Below are positions 35,548 through 43,355 of a stretch of DNA of 64,000 nucleotides, one piece after another (position 1 is the stretch's first letter; every line of letters begins with the position of its first letter). The notes beneath the pieces were generated by a model. The model saw only the letters and a list, made by a program, of their open reading frames with translations. It searched no databases and was not told where the DNA came from. This DNA is from Acidimicrobiia bacterium (lineage in GTDB: Bacteria; Actinomycetota; Acidimicrobiia; Spongiisociales; ZC4RG35), in assembly GCA_035249605.1 (NCBI GenBank), contig DATFGI010000026.1, positions 2,730 through 66,729 on the forward strand, given 5' to 3'. The position numbers were made by a program, and so were the translations under genes.

Positions 35548-35928
35548 TTGCCCAAGACCGTTCCCGAAACACCTTCGGCACCACAGACGATGGCCCCGTA
35601 CTCACCTGCGGCCGAGGCGGGCGGGCTCGTCTTCCTCGCCGGCCAGGTGGGTCTGGTCCCCGAGACCGGGGAGCGTGCGCCGGATGACGCCACTGCACAG
35701 GCCCATCAGGTGATGGCCAACATCGGGGCCGTGCTCGGCGACCTCGGTCTCGGCTACGACGACATCGTGAAGACGACCATCTTCCTGGCCAGCATCGAGG
35801 ACTTCGCCGCGGTCAACGAGGTCTACGCGTCCTACTTCGAGGGCGACTTCCCCGCACGCACCACCATCCAGGCGGGAGGGTTGCCCGGGGACTTCCTCGT
35901 CGAGATCGAGGTGGTGGCGGCGCGGTGA
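35548..35928 (+). CDS. RidA/YjgF-family reactive intermediate deaminase
   Basis: The pattern is YjgF-like (APYSPAAEAGGLVFLAGQVG...KTTIFL...F..VN.VY..YF...PAR). The TTG start has an AGGAG SD. Confidence 0.85.
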   Translation: MPKTVPETPSAPQTMAPYSPAAEAGGLVFLAGQVGLVPETGERAPDDATAQAHQVMANIGAVLGDLGLGYDDIVKTTIFLASIEDFAAVNEVYASYFEGDFPARTTIQAGGLPGDFLVEIEVVAAR

Positions 35929-37439
35929 GCCCCGACCAGATCCTCACCACACTGGGTCTGGAGGAACACAACTCCGGTGTCTACGCCGGGGAATGGCTGG
36001 AGGCCACCGGAGAGAGCATCGAGGTGATCAACCCGACCACGGGCGATGCCATCGCCACGGTGGCCATGGCCTCCGCCGAGGACTACGACCGGGTGGCCGG
36101 GTCCTCGGTGGAGACATTCGAGCGATGGAGGACGCTGCCCCCACCGAAGCGTGGCGAATACGTCCGTCGTCTCGGCAACGCCCTCCGCGAGCACATCGAC
36201 GAGCTCGGTGCCCTGGTGACACTGGAGATGGGGAAGATCCATCCCGAGGGGGTGGGCGAGGTCCAAGAGATGGTCGACATCTGCGACTTCGCAGTCGGTC
36301 TCTCTCGCCAGCTCTACGGCAACACCATGGCCTCGGAACGCCCCAACCACCGAATGTACGAGCAGTGGCATCCACTTGGCCCGGTTGGTGTCATCTCGGC
36401 TTTCAACTTCCCGGTGGCGGTGTGGTCATGGAACGCGGCGATCGCCGCAGTGTGTGGTGACACGGTGGTGTGGAAGCCCTCCGAGGCCACCCCTCTCACC
36501 GCGATCGCGGTGACCAGGATCGCGCAGACGGTGATGGAGGGCTCCGGATTCGAGGGCGTGTTCAACCTCGCCGTCGGCGACGGGAAGACCGTGGGAACCG
36601 CGATGAACCAGGACACCCGGCTCCCCCTGATCTCGGCCACGGGATCGTGTGCCATGGGTCGGATCGTGGGCCCGGCGGTGGCGTCGCGCATGGGCCGCAG
36701 CATCCTCGAGCTGGGCGGAAACAACGCCATCATCGTCATGGACGACGCCGACCTCGACCTGGCGGTGCGGGCCTCCCTGTTTGCCGCAGTGGGCACCGCC
36801 GGACAGCGTTGCACCACCCTGCGTCGGCTCCTCGTCCATCGGGCCATCTCGGACAAGATGATCAACCGACTCGCTGAGGCCTACCGGCAGGTGACCATCG
36901 GTGATCCCATGGAAGACGGAACACTGATGGGGCCCGTGGTCTCCGAGCGCGCCATCGAACAGATGATGGGCTCGATCGCGATCGCCCGGGAACAGGGTGG
37001 CGAGGTGATCACCGGCGGCAACCGGATCGAGCGGGAGGGCTTCTTCGTCGAGCCGACGATCATCAAGGTCCCCAAGGACGCTGCGATCACCCAGGACGAG
37101 ACCTTCGCCCCCATCCTCTGGGTCATCGAGTTCGACACACTCGACGAGGCCATTCAGATCCAGAACGGGGTGACTCAGGGTCTCTCCTCGGCGATATTCA
37201 CCGAGTCACTGAAGCATGCCGAACGCTTCCTCAGCACCACCGGGTCGGACTGCGGGATCGCCAACGTCAACATCGGCACATCCGGTGCCGAGATCGGTGG
37301 GGCCTTCGGCGGGGAGAAGGAGACAGGTGGAGGTCGTGAGGCCGGCTCCGACGCCTGGAAGGCCTACATGCGCCGGCAGACCACCACGATCAATTGGGGC
37401 GACCATCTGCCTTTGGCTCAGGGGATCGAGTTCGGATAG
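35925..37439 (+). CDS. aldehyde dehydrogenase, ALDH7/piperideine-6-carboxylate (alpha-aminoadipic semialdehyde) dehydrogenase-like
   Basis: PPPKRGEYVRRLGNALREHIDELGALVTLEMGKIHPEGVGEVQEMVDICDFAVGLSRQLYG and ISAFNFPVAVWSWNAAIA are characteristic of the ALDH7 branch. It also has ELGGNNAIIV and GQRCTTLRRL. The GTGA overlaps the ridA-like stop. Confidence 0.8.
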   Translation: MSPDQILTTLGLEEHNSGVYAGEWLEATGESIEVINPTTGDAIATVAMASAEDYDRVAGSSVETFERWRTLPPPKRGEYVRRLGNALREHIDELGALVTLEMGKIHPEGVGEVQEMVDICDFAVGLSRQLYGNTMASERPNHRMYEQWHPLGPVGVISAFNFPVAVWSWNAAIAAVCGDTVVWKPSEATPLTAIAVTRIAQTVMEGSGFEGVFNLAVGDGKTVGTAMNQDTRLPLISATGSCAMGRIVGPAVASRMGRSILELGGNNAIIVMDDADLDLAVRASLFAAVGTAGQRCTTLRRLLVHRAISDKMINRLAEAYRQVTIGDPMEDGTLMGPVVSERAIEQMMGSIAIAREQGGEVITGGNRIEREGFFVEPTIIKVPKDAAITQDETFAPILWVIEFDTLDEAIQIQNGVTQGLSSAIFTESLKHAERFLSTTGSDCGIANVNIGTSGAEIGGAFGGEKETGGGREAGSDAWKAYMRRQTTTINWGDHLPLAQGIEFG

Positions 37440-37442
37440 GGG

Positions 37443-38027
37443 TTGGACGCCGCCGACTGGGACGAGAGATACCGCTCGGCCGGCCTTCTCTGGTCGGCCG
37501 ACCCCAACGTCTTCGTGAAGACTCGCCTCGGCAATCGGCCGCCCGGCCGTGGTGTCGACCTCGGATGCGGCGAGGGTCGCAACGCGATATGGCTGGCCGA
37601 GCTGGGTTGGGAGATGGTGGCCGTCGATTTCTCCGGGGTCGCCCTCGACCGGGGACGGCAACGCTCCGGAGCCGTCAGCTTCATCGAGGCGGATGTCTTC
37701 GCGTGGCAGCCCTCCGGGCTGTTCGACCTCGTCCTCATCGCCTACCTCCAGGTGGGATGGGAGCGTCTCCACTCCCTGATCCGGAGCGCGACCGGCTGGT
37801 TGGCGCCCGGTGCGGAGCTGTTCATGATCGGCCACGATCAGTCCAATATCGAGTTCGGTGTCGGTGGGCCCCAGGTCCCTGAGATCCTCTGGGATGTCGA
37901 CCGGATCGTCAGTGCCCTCGGCGGCCTGGAGATCGTCGAGGCCGGTGTCCTCCGGCGCCCGGTCGAGGTGGAGAACGGTGTCGGTCATGCCCGGGACGCC
38001 CTGGTCAGGGCGGCGCGGCGCTTCTGA
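37443..38027 (+). CDS. class I SAM-dependent methyltransferase
   Basis: Motif I is VDLGCGEGRNAIWLA, followed by VAVDFS. The start is TTG. Confidence 0.75.
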   Translation: MDAADWDERYRSAGLLWSADPNVFVKTRLGNRPPGRGVDLGCGEGRNAIWLAELGWEMVAVDFSGVALDRGRQRSGAVSFIEADVFAWQPSGLFDLVLIAYLQVGWERLHSLIRSATGWLAPGAELFMIGHDQSNIEFGVGGPQVPEILWDVDRIVSALGGLEIVEAGVLRRPVEVENGVGHARDALVRAARRF

Positions 38028-38036
38028 GCAGAGCGG

Positions 38037-39188
38037 TCAGACCTTCTGCAGTGCCCGGTCCAGGGCTTCGATCAGGTCTTCGGAATCCTCCAGGCCAACC
38101 GAGAGCCTGACCAGCCCGTCGGTGATGCCGGCGGCCATCCGCTCCTCGCGTGGAACGGCGGCGTGGGTCATGGTGACGGGGTGGGTGATGAGCGACTCGA
38201 CCGCCCCCAGATTCTCGGCGAGGCTCCACAACTCGATCGAGTCCATGAGCCGCTTCCCCGCCTCGACTCCACCAGTGACCTCGAAGCAGACCATCGCCCC
38301 GTAGCCGCTCGCCTGGCGGCTGGACAGTTCGTATTGGGGGTGCTCGGGCAGACCCGGGTAGGTGACGTAGTCCACCTTGTCGTGGGTCTGGAGGAACCGG
38401 GCGATCGTCAGTGCGTTGGCGGACTGGCGGTCCATACGTTCCGACAGGGTCTTAGTCCCTTGCAGGGTCAGCCAGGCCACCATCGGGGACATCACCAGGC
38501 CTGCGGAAAGACGGGCGAAGGCGATCCTGTCGTGCAGGTCGCGGTCGTTGACCACTACCGCACCGCCCAGCGTGGCGTTGTGACCGTCGAGGAACTTGGT
38601 GGTCGAGTGGATGATGACATCCGCGCCCAACTCGATGGGGCGCTGGAAGTAGGGGGTGAGGAAGGTGTTGTCGGTGACGTGGAGGACATCGCTTCGGCGG
38701 CAGATCTCCGAGACCGCACCCAGGTCGGTCACCTTCAAGGTCGGGTTGGCCGGGGACTCGGTGAACACCAGCTTGGTGTTCTCCCGGATCGCCGTCTCCA
38801 CCGCGTCGGTCTCGGCAGCGTCGATGAAGTCGACGTCGACCCCGAACTTGGTGAGGAACTGGTCGGCGAATCGGTAGGTGCCGCCGTAGACCACGTCGGC
38901 GACCACGACGTGGTCGCCTGCCTCGAGCAGGGCGAGGAAGACGGCGACCGTGGCTGCCATCCCGGAGGCATATGCGGTGGTGTCTACGCCGCCCTCGAGG
39001 GCGGTCAGTCTCTCCTCGAAGGCGCGCACCGTGGGGTTGCCGGCCCGCGAGTAGGAGTACCCCTTGTCCATGTAGGCGTCGACCGAGTCTTGAACGAAGG
39101 TGGTCGACTGGTAGATCGGGGTGAGGATTGCCCCGGTGGTGGGGTCAGGCTCCACCCCCGCATGAACCTGCTTGGTGCGAAAACCCAT
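38037..39188 (-). CDS. PLP-dependent trans-sulfuration enzyme (cystathionine gamma-lyase/synthase, Cys/Met metabolism family)
   Basis: The N-terminus is FRTKQVHAGVEPDPTTGAILTPIYQSTTF and the PLP-lysine motif is HSTTKFLDGHN. ATG 39188 was chosen as start. Confidence 0.85.
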   Translation of the reverse strand: MGFRTKQVHAGVEPDPTTGAILTPIYQSTTFVQDSVDAYMDKGYSYSRAGNPTVRAFEERLTALEGGVDTTAYASGMAATVAVFLALLEAGDHVVVADVVYGGTYRFADQFLTKFGVDVDFIDAAETDAVETAIRENTKLVFTESPANPTLKVTDLGAVSEICRRSDVLHVTDNTFLTPYFQRPIELGADVIIHSTTKFLDGHNATLGGAVVVNDRDLHDRIAFARLSAGLVMSPMVAWLTLQGTKTLSERMDRQSANALTIARFLQTHDKVDYVTYPGLPEHPQYELSSRQASGYGAMVCFEVTGGVEAGKRLMDSIELWSLAENLGAVESLITHPVTMTHAAVPREERMAAGITDGLVRLSVGLEDSEDLIEALDRALQKV

Positions 39189-39212
39189 GGGTTGATTGTG
39201 GCACCGGTCCCG

Positions 39213-39255
39213 GCGTGTGCACAGGTGGGGAACTGTTCGCGCGTGGTGCACACGC
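39213..39255. repeat. inverted repeat GCGTGTGCAC ... GTGCACACGC (10-bp arms, 23-nt spacer)
   Basis: The arms are at 39213-39222 and 39246-39255, immediately 3' of the DUF559 gene stop. They share the GCGTGTGCA core with the two palindromes at 35484 and 40224. Confidence 0.45.
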
Positions 39256-39256
39256 G

Positions 39257-40177
39257 TCAGCGAGTAACCCTCCATTTCCCGGCATCGAGGAGAACTTGAC
39301 GGCATCGGTCCGGCTCTTCCTTGAGCATGCGGTAGGTGAACCGCACCACGATCAGCCCCGCGGCCGCAGCCGCGTTGTCCCGCTCACGATCACGGTCGAA
39401 GTCGGCCTTGCGCGTGTGCCAGCGACGTCCATCGCCCTCGACGATCATGCGCCATGTCGGGATGTATGCGTCGACGGTGGCTTCGGTCGTCGGGTAGGAG
39501 ATGGGCAACTGTCGTTCATGAGCGGGCATGCAGGGCGACGAAAGCATCCGGTAGAGCCAGCGCTCCAATAGGGATGTCGGCGGTTGATAGGCGTCGTCGG
39601 TCCGGTCGCCGACAATGCGACGGAGCATCGGGAGACCCCTCACCCTCGCTCCGCTGAGACGCTCGAAGATCGGGCCGAAGTCAGAGACCGAGAGTCGGTT
39701 GGCGGCGAGCTGGTCATCGACGATCCGCTCGATCGTCTCCCACGGCTCCCTGAAGGAAAGGGTCAGGATCGTCTCGGCAACCGTCGTCGTCTCGTATGTG
39801 AGGACGCTGGCGCGGGCTATCTGGTTGAAATGCCTGCTGCGTATCACACGCGCCAGGGGGGATCGTGCGTTGCCAGTGAACGGGACCAGGATCTCCGGCC
39901 GGGTTCTGCGTATGCCAGGGAATCCGTGGAGATACCCCGCTGAACGACCGGCTGCGAGGGCCTCGGGACGACTGAGAAGAGCGGCATTCATCCTGCGGTG
40001 CCATGAGGCGGTGGAGGACCTTGGCGCGAACACCGCGGTGTCGAGTTGGAGCCAGGTCCCGGTTTCGACGAGATAGCGAATCCGATGATCGGTCAATCCG
40101 CACTCACGAGCTTGCTGGCGCGAGATGACTCCGTTCTGTGTGGCGATCAGAGTGTCGACGAGCTCATCCACCCCCAT
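39257..40177 (-). CDS. DUF559/Vsr-like endonuclease-domain protein with AbiEi-like N-terminal wHTH
   Basis: The N-terminus GVISRQQARECGLTDHRIRYLVETGTWLQL is an AbiEi_4-like HTH. The C-terminus VDAYIPTWRMIVEGDGRRWH...DRERDNAAAAAGLIVVRFTY has the DUF559 pattern. Confidence 0.7.
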   Translation of the reverse strand: MGVDELVDTLIATQNGVISRQQARECGLTDHRIRYLVETGTWLQLDTAVFAPRSSTASWHRRMNAALLSRPEALAAGRSAGYLHGFPGIRRTRPEILVPFTGNARSPLARVIRSRHFNQIARASVLTYETTTVAETILTLSFREPWETIERIVDDQLAANRLSVSDFGPIFERLSGARVRGLPMLRRIVGDRTDDAYQPPTSLLERWLYRMLSSPCMPAHERQLPISYPTTEATVDAYIPTWRMIVEGDGRRWHTRKADFDRDRERDNAAAAAGLIVVRFTYRMLKEEPDRCRQVLLDAGKWRVTR

Positions 40178-40223
40178 CCCCGCATCGTGAGTGATGCGAA
40201 CAGCTGAATCAACCCCCTCATGC

Positions 40224-40266
40224 GCGTGTGCAGGAGTCGGGCGTTAGTCCCGACTCCTGCACACGC
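40224..40266. repeat. 43-nt palindrome of the same family (18-bp arms, 7-nt loop)
   Basis: The element is GCGTGTGCAGGAGTCGGG-CGTTAGT-CCCGACTCCTGCACACGC. It lies between the DUF559 gene start and the stop of the GlnR-like gene. Confidence 0.6.
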
Positions 40267-40277
40267 CAACACCCTGG

Positions 40278-40913
40278 CTAGCCGAAGCGGTACCCCACCG
40301 AGCGGACCGTGGTGATCCAAGAAGCGCGTTCTTCGCCGAGCTTGGCGCGGAGACGGCGGATGTGGACATCGACTGTGCGGGCGCCGCCGTAGTACTCATA
40401 ACCCCACACCTTGGAGAGAAGCTGCTCCCGCGACCAGACCCGGACCGGGTTGTCGACGAGGAAACGGAGCAACTCGTATTCCATGTAGGTCAGATCGATG
40501 GGCTCGCCCGCCAGGGTCGCCTGATAGGTGAGCGGGTCGAGCACCAGGTCCTTGAAGGTGAGAAGCTCCTCGGCCTCCTCGTGATGAACCACGCGGCCCA
40601 CCCGGATCCGGAACTCCACCGGGTCGAGAGGGGTGAGCACGAACTCCGCTCGGGTGCCGCTGCTCTCCAGCAGGGCAAGGTGCTCCGGCGCGGCCACCAC
40701 GACCACCGGCATTCCCAGGATCTCCTCGACCCGGGACACCTCACGCAGCTGACGAAGGGCGGCAACACCCAATTCGACGACCAGGACGTCGGCGTCACGG
40801 ACCGCGGGCTGATCGACGTCCAGCTCGGCGAGTGGGTGGGCGGTGAGCCCGGCGACGTCGAGGCAATCTGAGAGATGCTCGGAGCAGTCTTCGGGGAAGA
40901 CCGCGGCGATCAC
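40278..40913 (-). CDS. OmpR-family regulator with atypical receiver domain (GlnR-like)
   Basis: The C-terminal wHTH is LTYMEYELLRFLVDNPVRVWSREQLLSKVWGYEYYGGARTVDVHIRRLRAKL...VRSVGYRF. The receiver-like N-half has VLVVELG where the phospho-Asp is expected. GTG 40913 overlaps the glnA stop as GTGA. Confidence 0.75.
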   Translation of the reverse strand: MIAAVFPEDCSEHLSDCLDVAGLTAHPLAELDVDQPAVRDADVLVVELGVAALRQLREVSRVEEILGMPVVVVAAPEHLALLESSGTRAEFVLTPLDPVEFRIRVGRVVHHEEAEELLTFKDLVLDPLTYQATLAGEPIDLTYMEYELLRFLVDNPVRVWSREQLLSKVWGYEYYGGARTVDVHIRRLRAKLGEERASWITTVRSVGYRFG

Positions 40914-42235
40914 AGGATGGGGAGATAGGTCTCGAGCTCGAAACGGGAGACATGGTGCTGATACCTCTCCCACTCCGCCCTCTTGTTGCGAAGGAACCAG
41001 TTGAAGACGTGCTCCCCGAGAGCCTGGGCGACCAACTCGGAGGCTTCCATGAGATCGAGCGCCTCCGCCAGAGTGTCGGGGAGCCGCTTCGCCCCCACCG
41101 CGGCGCGCTCGGCCGGGGTCATCTGGTGGACGTCGGCCGAGATCTCCGGCGGGAGCTCATAGCCCTCCCGGATCCCGGCCAGGCCCGCGGCCAGGATCAC
41201 CGACAGCGCCAGGTAGGGGTTGCAGGCGGCGTCCGCGGCCCGGTACTCCACTCGCACCGACGAGGGCTTTCCCTTCTTCACCGATGGGACCCGAACCAGG
41301 GCGGACTGGTTGTTGCGTGCCCAGGACATGTAGACCGGGGCGTCGAACCCCCCGACCAGCCGCTTGTAGGAGTTCACCCATTGGTTGGTGATCGCGGTCA
41401 TCTCGGCGGCGTGGTGGAGTAGGCCGGCGATGAAAGCCTTGGCCACCTTGGACAGCTCGCCCTGGGTCCCCGGCTCGTGAAAGGCGTTGGTGTCGCCTTC
41501 GAAGAGCGAGAGGTGGAGGTGCATCCCGGAACCGTCGTGCTCCTCCAGGGGCTTGGGCATGAAGGTGGCGTAGATACCGGATTGCAGGGCCACCTCCTTG
41601 ACGGTCAGCCGCGAGGTCATGATGTTGTCCGCCATGGTCAAGGCGTCGGTGTATCGGGCGATGATCTCGTGCTGGCTGGGCGCCACCTCGTGGTGGGAGT
41701 GCTCGATGGGGATGCCCAACTGCTCCAAGGCGTTGATCGTCTTCCGCCGATACTCCTGGGCGACGTCGAGGGGCGTGAGGTCGAAGTACCCGCCCCGGTC
41801 GAGCACCTTGGGCTCGGGCCCGGCATCCTCGAAGTAGAAGAACTCGAGCTCCGGGGCGGTGTAGAAGGTATAGCCCATCTCCGAGGCCCGCTCCAGGTTG
41901 CGTTTGAGGACGGTGCGAGGGTCGCCCCCGAAGGGCTCACCGTCCGGTGTGTAGATGTCGCAGAACATCCGGGCCACCTGCTGTTCGGTGCGCCACGGGA
42001 TGACGGCGAACGTCGAGGGGTCGGGTTTGGCCAGCATGTCCGCTTCTTGGATTCGGGCGTACCCGTCGATGGAGGATCCGTCGAAGGTCATCCCCTCGTC
42101 GAATGCGACCTCCAACTCGGCGGGGCTGATAGCAACCGATTTGAGGAGGCCGAGGACGTCGGTGAACCACAGTCGAATGAAGCGGATACCCCGCTCCTCG
42201 ACGGTTCGCATCACGTAGTCGGCCTGTTTGCTCAT
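40910..42235 (-). CDS. glnA: glutamine synthetase, type I
   Basis: It has FIRLWFTDVLGLLKSVAI, FDGSSIDGY, GSGMHLHLSLF and NPYLA motifs. ATG 42235 gives about 441 aa. Confidence 0.9.
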   Translation of the reverse strand: MSKQADYVMRTVEERGIRFIRLWFTDVLGLLKSVAISPAELEVAFDEGMTFDGSSIDGYARIQEADMLAKPDPSTFAVIPWRTEQQVARMFCDIYTPDGEPFGGDPRTVLKRNLERASEMGYTFYTAPELEFFYFEDAGPEPKVLDRGGYFDLTPLDVAQEYRRKTINALEQLGIPIEHSHHEVAPSQHEIIARYTDALTMADNIMTSRLTVKEVALQSGIYATFMPKPLEEHDGSGMHLHLSLFEGDTNAFHEPGTQGELSKVAKAFIAGLLHHAAEMTAITNQWVNSYKRLVGGFDAPVYMSWARNNQSALVRVPSVKKGKPSSVRVEYRAADAACNPYLALSVILAAGLAGIREGYELPPEISADVHQMTPAERAAVGAKRLPDTLAEALDLMEASELVAQALGEHVFNWFLRNKRAEWERYQHHVSRFELETYLPIL

Positions 42236-42305
42236 CGCCCCGTCATTCTGTGTTCGTCCACGGTCCTTGTTCGCACCGGGGAACCTTAGGTTGGCAACCG
42301 GTCGA

Positions 42306-42593
42306 TCAGGCGGTGCGCCGCCGCTCCGCGAGCCACTTCCGACGCAGCGACTTGCGCTCCTTCTCCGACGTGCCGCCCCAGATCCCTGCCCTCTGATTGG
42401 TCTCGAGGGCGTATTCGAGGCAGTCCTCGATGACGGGACAGACCGCACAGATGCCTTTGGCCCGCAGCAGTGAGGCCTCGTCGGCACCGTCTATCGAAGG
42501 GAAGAACAGGGTATTGGGATAACCGGAGCAGGCAGCGCGGGCCCTCCAGTCCGCAGCCAACTCGGCCGCGAGTTGCGTTGGCCCGTAGGTCAC
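42306..42593 (-). CDS. WhiB-family (Wbl) Fe-S transcription factor
   Basis: It has the pattern AACSGYP...AKGICAVCPVIEDC...GIWGGTSEKERKSLRRK. GTG 42593 was chosen, and the upstream part of the 185-aa track ORF was discarded. Confidence 0.8.
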   Translation of the reverse strand: MTYGPTQLAAELAADWRARAACSGYPNTLFFPSIDGADEASLLRAKGICAVCPVIEDCLEYALETNQRAGIWGGTSEKERKSLRRKWLAERRRTA

Positions 42594-42705
42594 ACCTTCA
42601 TATTGGCGGTGGTGCGTGACGCTCGCAAAACGACGGCTGCAGTTGCCCGCTGCGTGTGCGCAGGGTCGCCCGCGGCGATATCTTGCCGGTGCGAGCGGAT
42701 AGCCT

Positions 42706-43329
42706 TTGGCGATGCCCCGAATCCGCGCCGCCTCGATCGACGAGCATAAGGAGCTGACGAGACGCGCCCTGCTCGAGGCGGCCTGGCGGGTGATCGAAGA
42801 TGCCGGGACGGCCGAGGTCCCGCTGGGTGAGATCGCACTGCTCGCCGGGGTGGGGCGGACCACCTTCTACGACTACTTCGAGGACCGCGACGACGTGATC
42901 GCTTCCCTCGTGGAGGACAAGCTCCCCGACGTGATCGCCGGGATGATCGAAGCTGTGCCCTCCGGTTTGGGCCCGGTAGAACGTCTCACTCACCTCACCG
43001 TATCGACGGTGGAATTCGTCGCCACCGACCGTGTCTTCGGTGTGATCCTGCACCGTGAGGTGGGGCGGATGGGGCTGGAGGCGCAGCGACGCATCAGGGA
43101 ATCCCATGCCCAGCTCGCCACCGAGCTCGCCGCCACCTACACGCAGGGGGTCGATGACGGCGTCTTTCGGCCAATTCCGGGCTACCTCGCCGGCCGCTTG
43201 ATCCAGGACACCATCATGTCCGCCGCCCGGGTCCTGATCGAGGACGAGTCCCGGCGCGATCTCGTCACCGGGGAGGTGGTGAGATTCCTTCTCGGCGGCC
43301 TGCGAAAGTTGCCATCAACTCCAGACTGA
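42706..43329 (+). CDS. TetR-family transcriptional regulator
   Basis: The N-terminal HTH is LGEIALLAGVGRTTFYDYF. The start is TTG 42706 or ATG 42712. Confidence 0.85.
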   Translation: MAMPRIRAASIDEHKELTRRALLEAAWRVIEDAGTAEVPLGEIALLAGVGRTTFYDYFEDRDDVIASLVEDKLPDVIAGMIEAVPSGLGPVERLTHLTVSTVEFVATDRVFGVILHREVGRMGLEAQRRIRESHAQLATELAATYTQGVDDGVFRPIPGYLAGRLIQDTIMSAARVLIEDESRRDLVTGEVVRFLLGGLRKLPSTPD

Positions 43330-43355
43330 TCGAGGTCGACAACCATGTCTGAGCG

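Noticed and set aside
42236-42305. GlnR box upstream of glnA
   Set aside because: On the minus strand two GAAC cores (GCGAAC...GACGAAC) are present. Their spacing and flanks do not convincingly fit the gTnAc-n6-GaAAc pattern I remember, so the evidence is too weak to call.
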